This document shows, piece after piece, positions 58,101 through 64,000 of a DNA stretch of 64,000 nt. The DNA is from Vezdaea acicularis. Taxonomy: Eukaryota. How positions within the stretch are numbered: position 1 is the stretch's first letter; every line of letters begins with the position of its first letter. Both the position numbers and the translations under genes were made by a program. The notes beneath the pieces are model-generated. The model worked only from the letters and a program-made list of their open reading frames with translations. It ran no database searches and was not told the origin of the DNA. Location of the stretch: NCBI GenBank assembly GCA_026025075.1, contig JAPEUI010000049.1, positions 1-64,000 on the forward strand. The letters run 5' to 3'.

Positions 58101-61100
58101 CGAATCTAGTTTCTTGAAGAGCTCATCCGGCGGCTCATTGAGATTGTTGTAGCACGTCGCATCGATGAGCACGCCAAAAGGCCTATGCCACATTTTGCTT
58201 GCAATCTACTTTCGTTAATTTAAGATCACAGGGAAGGAGAGAGCCAGAACTTACCTTTAAATAGCAGTACAGAAGCAAGTCATAATTCAGACATTCTATC
58301 TCAATATTACGCAAAATGATGCAAATTACAGGTAGTGAGTCTTTGCTCTCCCCTCCATCATAGACAGCGCGGGCTGAGATGATTGACTGGACGTTCTTGC
58401 CCGCATTCTTTAGCATAAAATGCTGGAAACGAGAATAGGCAGGGGGGATGTTCGCGGATATTTGAGGTACCGTCCATGAGACGTCCTGGGGTGGCGGCCC
58501 AAGAGTAGAAACAAGTTCGTTGATCTGCTCCAAGGACGACTTTTTGCCGTTCATCTCCCCATTGAGCACAACCGCTGAGCTGAGTGGATGCCTATTCTTC
58601 AAGATCATCTTCCTTCTAACGGTATCCCAGTGATTGTAGAAGAATGAGTGCAGAGAAACACAAGACCCAAAATCGAACGACTCTGTAAGCGTGGTTGTCT
58701 CTGGAGTTCGGGGAGGGTTCTTTGAACGAATCAGCAGTGTCGGGAATCAAGTGATTAGGAAGGAATAAACTTACACTAATATCCCGAAGAAAGGCGGTAA
58801 CTCTGTAGATGTTCTGAGTGAGAAAGTCGTTCAGAGGTAACATATAGGGCTCCTTCACTCCGAACAGGACATTATTGGCAAGGTTTTGAATGATCTTAGC
58901 AATCAAGAGTAATCCACGGCGCATCTCTTTGGATGGTGTGGTAGAAATGAGACCTTCTGAATCTGGTGCGACAATAGCAGGGCAGAAGAAGCGCAAGAAG
59001 ACGAAAGCCCCAACAGCCGTGAACTTCGCTTCAGGGAAGCGTGTCGCGACTGCAGTGGTGATGGAGTGGCAGATCCTCCGAAAAGCGACAGGGACCTGAT
59101 CTATAGTCACACAATCAATTAGCATTATAGATTGTTCGGGTCTGAAAATATCACCTGCACTGTTGACTATATCATCTACGAAGACCTTCGTCACACGTCG
59201 AAGTTGCAATGTATTCCGTTGCAGCTCTTCAGTGGAGGTTATCCTAGCGGGATCGAGTTCGAGATCTAGATCTTCCGATGTAGATACCAGCCTTTCAAGT
59301 AGCTCTTGCAGTGTGGACTTCAGGTATCCCGATCCTTTCCATTTTGCATACAAGGAAAGCATCTTCGTTGCAACGCAGTTCCGCCGAAGAAGTTCCGACT
59401 CATTCTCTGTATCTCATAAGCCACTGAAGTATATATTAGGCAGGTAACTATTTTTTTCTTACCGGTATTCGCCACTTCTTGCTCGATCAATGCCTCAAGA
59501 AGATTAAACCCTCTGCCTCTTGAGTCGAAGATGTTTAGGAGCGACACCGTGACCTCATCAACCTCTCCACTTGGACAGGCATTACAGATTGCAACGAGCA
59601 AATTTATATCTCCAAGTACCAGCTGATGCGCAGTTAGCGGAATAGTTACAATTGTCAGAGTAAGTACGTACCTCGAGCATTTGGTCGTATTTCTCGTTGA
59701 TTGCGGAATCAGATAGATTCCCAAACTCGGTTCCTTGATCAAGGATATTGTATAATACGCGAACGAAGGCCGTCCGAATCTCAATATCTTCATGATAACC
59801 AGCTTCAAGCGACTGCTTAAGGCCTATGTCAATGTTGGCGCTCAGGATGTTTGACAAGACTAATATCGATAGCTCCGATATAGACAAAGGTTCCTCACGC
59901 GGAAAAGATGGGGAATGAAACTTTCTTCCATTAAGGTCGGAAAAGTCTTCGCGCAGCATAGATAGCAGCTTGCGGAACAACGACTGGAAGAGCTGAGATC
60001 TCCCTTCGTTTGATTCTGCATCGTTAGGTCCATCGAGTGGCTGCAACGGCAGCCTGTAAGTTACTTCGGCGAGTGTCTTCAGGCAAGCGCGGTCAAGCTC
60101 CAGGCGTAAGCGTTGACCTTCATCCTGACGTGTACGGCCAGCTTGCGCTGAGCTGTCACCCTTCGTTGTTGATTTAGGGGAAATCCAATCGAGAAGTATC
60201 TCAACGATCTGGTTCCGGATGCGGACGTCATAGCGAAAGTTCAATAATTCTCTCTTTAGTGCTACGACCTCGCATAGCTGACAAAACCTTATTTTAACAC
60301 GCAAGATGGTATTATCGTTTGCTAGTAGCTGCAAGTGTTGGGCAAGATGTAGCAACGAAGATCCAAGATCGATGGAGAAAAATGTCTCGTGAAACTCATC
60401 TACTCTATCGACCACAAGTCTAATCAGCGCGATGGCTTGCTCAACGCAGATCAAGTCTAGTTCCGTTGGCTTTGTCACTCCGTAAGTATTTTCAAATATT
60501 AGGTTCAGATCTGCTTGTAGCGCGTGAAAAAGTTGCGGGTAAAGGCGGAGGTGCAGTTCTGTGCCGAGTATCTCGCGCATGGCTTCTCGGACTCGAACAT
60601 GAACGCAGGTCAGCATTTGTAGAGAGTGGTTGATAAATTGATCCAGGAGAGACTCCCCCTCGGAGTCCGAGGCCGGCCTGTCGATCCATCGAAGCCCAGC
60701 TATTGTTGGATCATATCGTGTTGAGTGAGTAGTCTCGGAGATGCATATGCCCCCAAGAGCAGCTAAAAAGCCTGAATAGTTTCGCCACTTGGAGAAAGAA
60801 TTTTCATCCTCAGAAGATGAAATCTCGGACTGGCTTGCAACAACCTCTTGACACGCCAATCTCCACCGCACGAACACGGTCTCCCAGGCCGTCAGTAGAC
60901 CCGCTGTAGGCCTAGACATCTTCATTAGAAACTTTCGGAATCGCTTTTGGAATGCCACTGAGCCGGTGAGATGAAAATCTTGAGATGCTAACTCAGAGTA
61001 TGCATCGTAATTCCTCATAATCGACAATGGCGACTGTGAATAATCGTCTACGGTTGCTATACTTGAGCCCGCCTCACAATATAGATCAAGACAGCTCGTC

Positions 61101-63707
61101 ATCAAAGCGCAGATCCGTAAGTTGCTCGAGCACAAGAGGATTAGAACGGCAACCTCCAATGCCGCGGCTGCATGATTCCTCTCTGTTGTAGCCAAGGCAA
61201 CTTCATTGACGACCCTATAGTCCTACAGAAGCACGCCAGAGTCAGCCAGCTTACAAAGTTTACATATAGGATCCATTTGGATGGCGAATTAGCGAAAACA
61301 GAATTTCAAGATCTCTTACCATGGCTTGGGCAGACTTCAGGCCTTTCAAGCGTATTTTGAGGTAGTCTTCAAAGAAGATTATCATTTTCAGCAAACCCGG
61401 ATCTTCAAACTCGAAAGCCAGGAGTCTATCTGAAATGGTGCTGATGACATGAGCCCTGGATTGTAAGTTGAGTGTCTCTTGACTGGCTGATGATATGTGA
61501 CTCACGATGATTTCCATCTCTTTGAAACAAAAACAGCAAAAGATGGCAATCTCTTCCGTTCTAGGGCCAGTATCTCTTTATTACCAGCGAGGTGTCGCGC
61601 CACAGAGCCAGCCCAGCTTCTCAACCCCTCATTCTCGCCAACTGCGAGCGTAATGAATACTGCAAGCGTGTCCTCAATCAAAGCCTCGAAACTCGCATCG
61701 CCATGGGGTTCGGCGTACAAAACAGAAGGTCGAATCGATAAGAGCCGAAGTATTGCCAGAATTAAATCCGTTGCAGGGTTGACAGGACTCGGAGGCGCTT
61801 GTCTAGCCGGCCGTGGCAATGTCTCTCGTGGCTCCTTCTCAGCCTCCATTTGGTAAGACTGGGCATGTTAGCCAATGGGAGAGTTAGGAATGTGGTCTTA
61901 ATACGTAGAAAAGAGGCAACCGAGAATCGCCTTCTCACTATGACCAGAAGTGCACATAAGAGAGCTCGAAACTCACGTGGAGTTGGCGCCGGATGAATGG
62001 GGCAACGGCCGAGAACACCACCTGAAACCTATCTGAATCTTCCTGAGAAGCAAGGTTTGCGCAAGCACCAATGACGGCAACTTTGACGGGAGTTGGGCGG
62101 TCTTCTCGCAAAGAGTTTTCTACAATACTTCTCACTGCGCCGTCGATATCTAGACGAGCTAAGGCGGCGAACGCTGCAATTGCCAACTGAAGGTCATGGC
62201 TGCTGTCTTCCACCTTGGTCCACGCATTGCTGGTATGCTCTAGTACCTCTGCCTGGACATCGAGTGCGAAACTAGACAAGGCGGATACTGTATTCATAGA
62301 GAATCGGCTCGCTTCTAAGCATAGCCATACGAGGCAGAATGCAGCGGCATGATGGTTATGCTTAGAATCCAGGCCCTTTCGGAGACCTTGAAGAAATGCT
62401 GCTTTCCTAGCAACTTGGCTACTCTTCGGGGTGCTCATGCTTCCCGCGACTTCAAAAGCTTCTGGGCTTAGCAGCACCAACGCTGTCTGCATTGGCCAAA
62501 TTCTGCCTTTCCTGTTCGTCCTGTCGTCGTTGATAGCACTAGTCATACCAAAGAGCACGTCGGCACCAAGGATCCCTTTGCTATTTGAAGAGTGGAGAGA
62601 TGCAAACTCTGCCGGATTTGCCGCAATCCATCGAGCAACCGTTCCAGGTAGGAGAATCGCAATTGCATTCTGCGCAGTCTTTCTCAAGTTCAAAAAGCAA
62701 CCGCAGAGTTCTTGGATCACTAGACTTAGTTGCCTGCTTGTGACTCGGAAATGTATCATAACTTGCAGAGCTGCCAAAAGGCAAGCTTCATCCGCCTCAG
62801 CTGTGGCTTCGAGACCATTGACTCCAGCTGGATTGGCGCTCGAAGATAATGCTCGTAAAACATTTTGATAGTACGTGAAAGCTACCGGCCAATTTGATAA
62901 AGATATGTAACCCAGGATGGTTGATGATGCTTTGTTAAGCGTGGTCAAGGAGCTAGCTGGCTGGTCTTCAGGTTGTTCCTCGTGCTGCATATGGATGATC
63001 ACATCATTGGGTAGCTGTATGACATTATCCAGGAGCCATGAGGAAGGAAGCTCAGTAGGTAGGGGGCTTGCAAGCCGTACGACAGCTTCCAAAAGTTGCC
63101 TGGCCTGACCATCGTTGAGAGAGTCGAGCCCGCTTGTTGATTCTCCTGAGATGCTGTTGACAGAAAAGACATCCACTTTTGCATGCACACCACTTTGCGT
63201 GACCGTAGTTGCTTCAGAGAGTACGGATGATGTATCATCAGCGCTACCTTTCTTTGATTTACTCCGCTCCGCTTCAAGCGGTGCTGCTTCCCTCCTCGCT
63301 GAACAACAGTCTGCAAGCAGCTCAATGAGGTATAACTCAGAGCACCAAATATATGTTCCATCCGTCCGAGGGGCCTTTGATTGCTATTGAGCCATCAGTA
63401 TGAACCTTGTGCCAGACAACAGATATGCACTCATAAGGCATGCTCGCGCACCTTATATAGATCATCCAAGAGTGGGAGTAGAGCGCCAACTAAGGCGTCT
63501 ATTGAGGTTTTGCTAGAATCCACGAGGGTCTCCTTCGTGAGCACCACGAGCTCGTCAACGCGGACATCGTCGATTTCGGAGCCAGTTCGATATGGAAGCT
63601 GGAATATGTCAATTAAGTATCAATGGGTGCAGAAATTGAGAGAAACTGCGCACTTTCGTTGCAAGACGGTCGACCAAACTCTGTACTAGCCGATTGTCAC
63701 CTTCCAT
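55114..63707 (-). CDS. IRA2: Neurofibromin/IRA-type Ras GTPase-activating protein (RasGAP plus Sec14-like and PH-like regions), multi-exon
   Basis: Start MEGDNRLVQSLVDRLATK|LPYRTG, LSNILSANIDIGLK, arginine-finger region ELLRRNCVATKML, RasGAP signature FLRFFCPAIVAP...KIIQNLAN, RPEDIPGTLLN and AFQSNPAMQTRAF. The last exon is MIIA* (stop 55114-55116). About 12 introns, not all boundaries fixed. Confidence 0.95.
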
Positions 63708-64000
63708 TGCCGGTATAGTGTATGCTGTAGTCCATGGATATCGTAGCAAGGTTGAGGGGCAGGACAACGGCGCCAGGTGTTGCCCATTAGTAGGAGGAAA
63801 GAGTGCAGTAACCGCTTATTGAATGATATCGAGTAGTATATATAAGCTATACAGGCCACTGCTGTAACGTACCGAAGGAGTGATGGAGTTACAAAGAATC
63901 TGCATTGAGCGATTGCTAAACTTGATGCTTAAGTTACGGCTTTTCAAACTTAAAATCTAGGGCTACGCATGCGCGTTGACACGCGATAGTCCCGCATGGC

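Overview
This is eukaryotic DNA from a filamentous ascomycete (Pezizomycotina-type GT..CTRAC..AG introns of about 45-270 nt). The window starts inside a stop-disrupted Tc1/impala-like DD34E transposon. It then carries about 19 genes: an MFS transporter, an FTS/crossbronx-like inactive E2, a large vWA-like protein, PEX7, a CUE-AlkB-GRF protein, a CYSTM protein, a small single-pass membrane protein, a PTH11-like receptor, an SDR, SWD3/WDR5, ISC1, DRN1/CWF19L1, two related Cys-rich secreted proteins, a RED-like splicing factor, UTP20, ZIM17, CUL3, a decayed pseudogene and a neurofibromin/IRA RasGAP. The most unusual part is a roughly 5 kb island (32.8-37.9 kb) between housekeeping genes. It holds two convergent secreted-protein genes that share an unrecognised ~77-aa 8-Cys module (3 copies). 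The larger gene looks like a Kex2-processed, membrane-tethered polyprotein and contains a 6-Cys motif resembling a cyclotide/PA1b-type cystine knot. No tRNA, rRNA or CRISPR array was found. Exon boundaries were read by eye and product calls come from motif recognition, not database searches.
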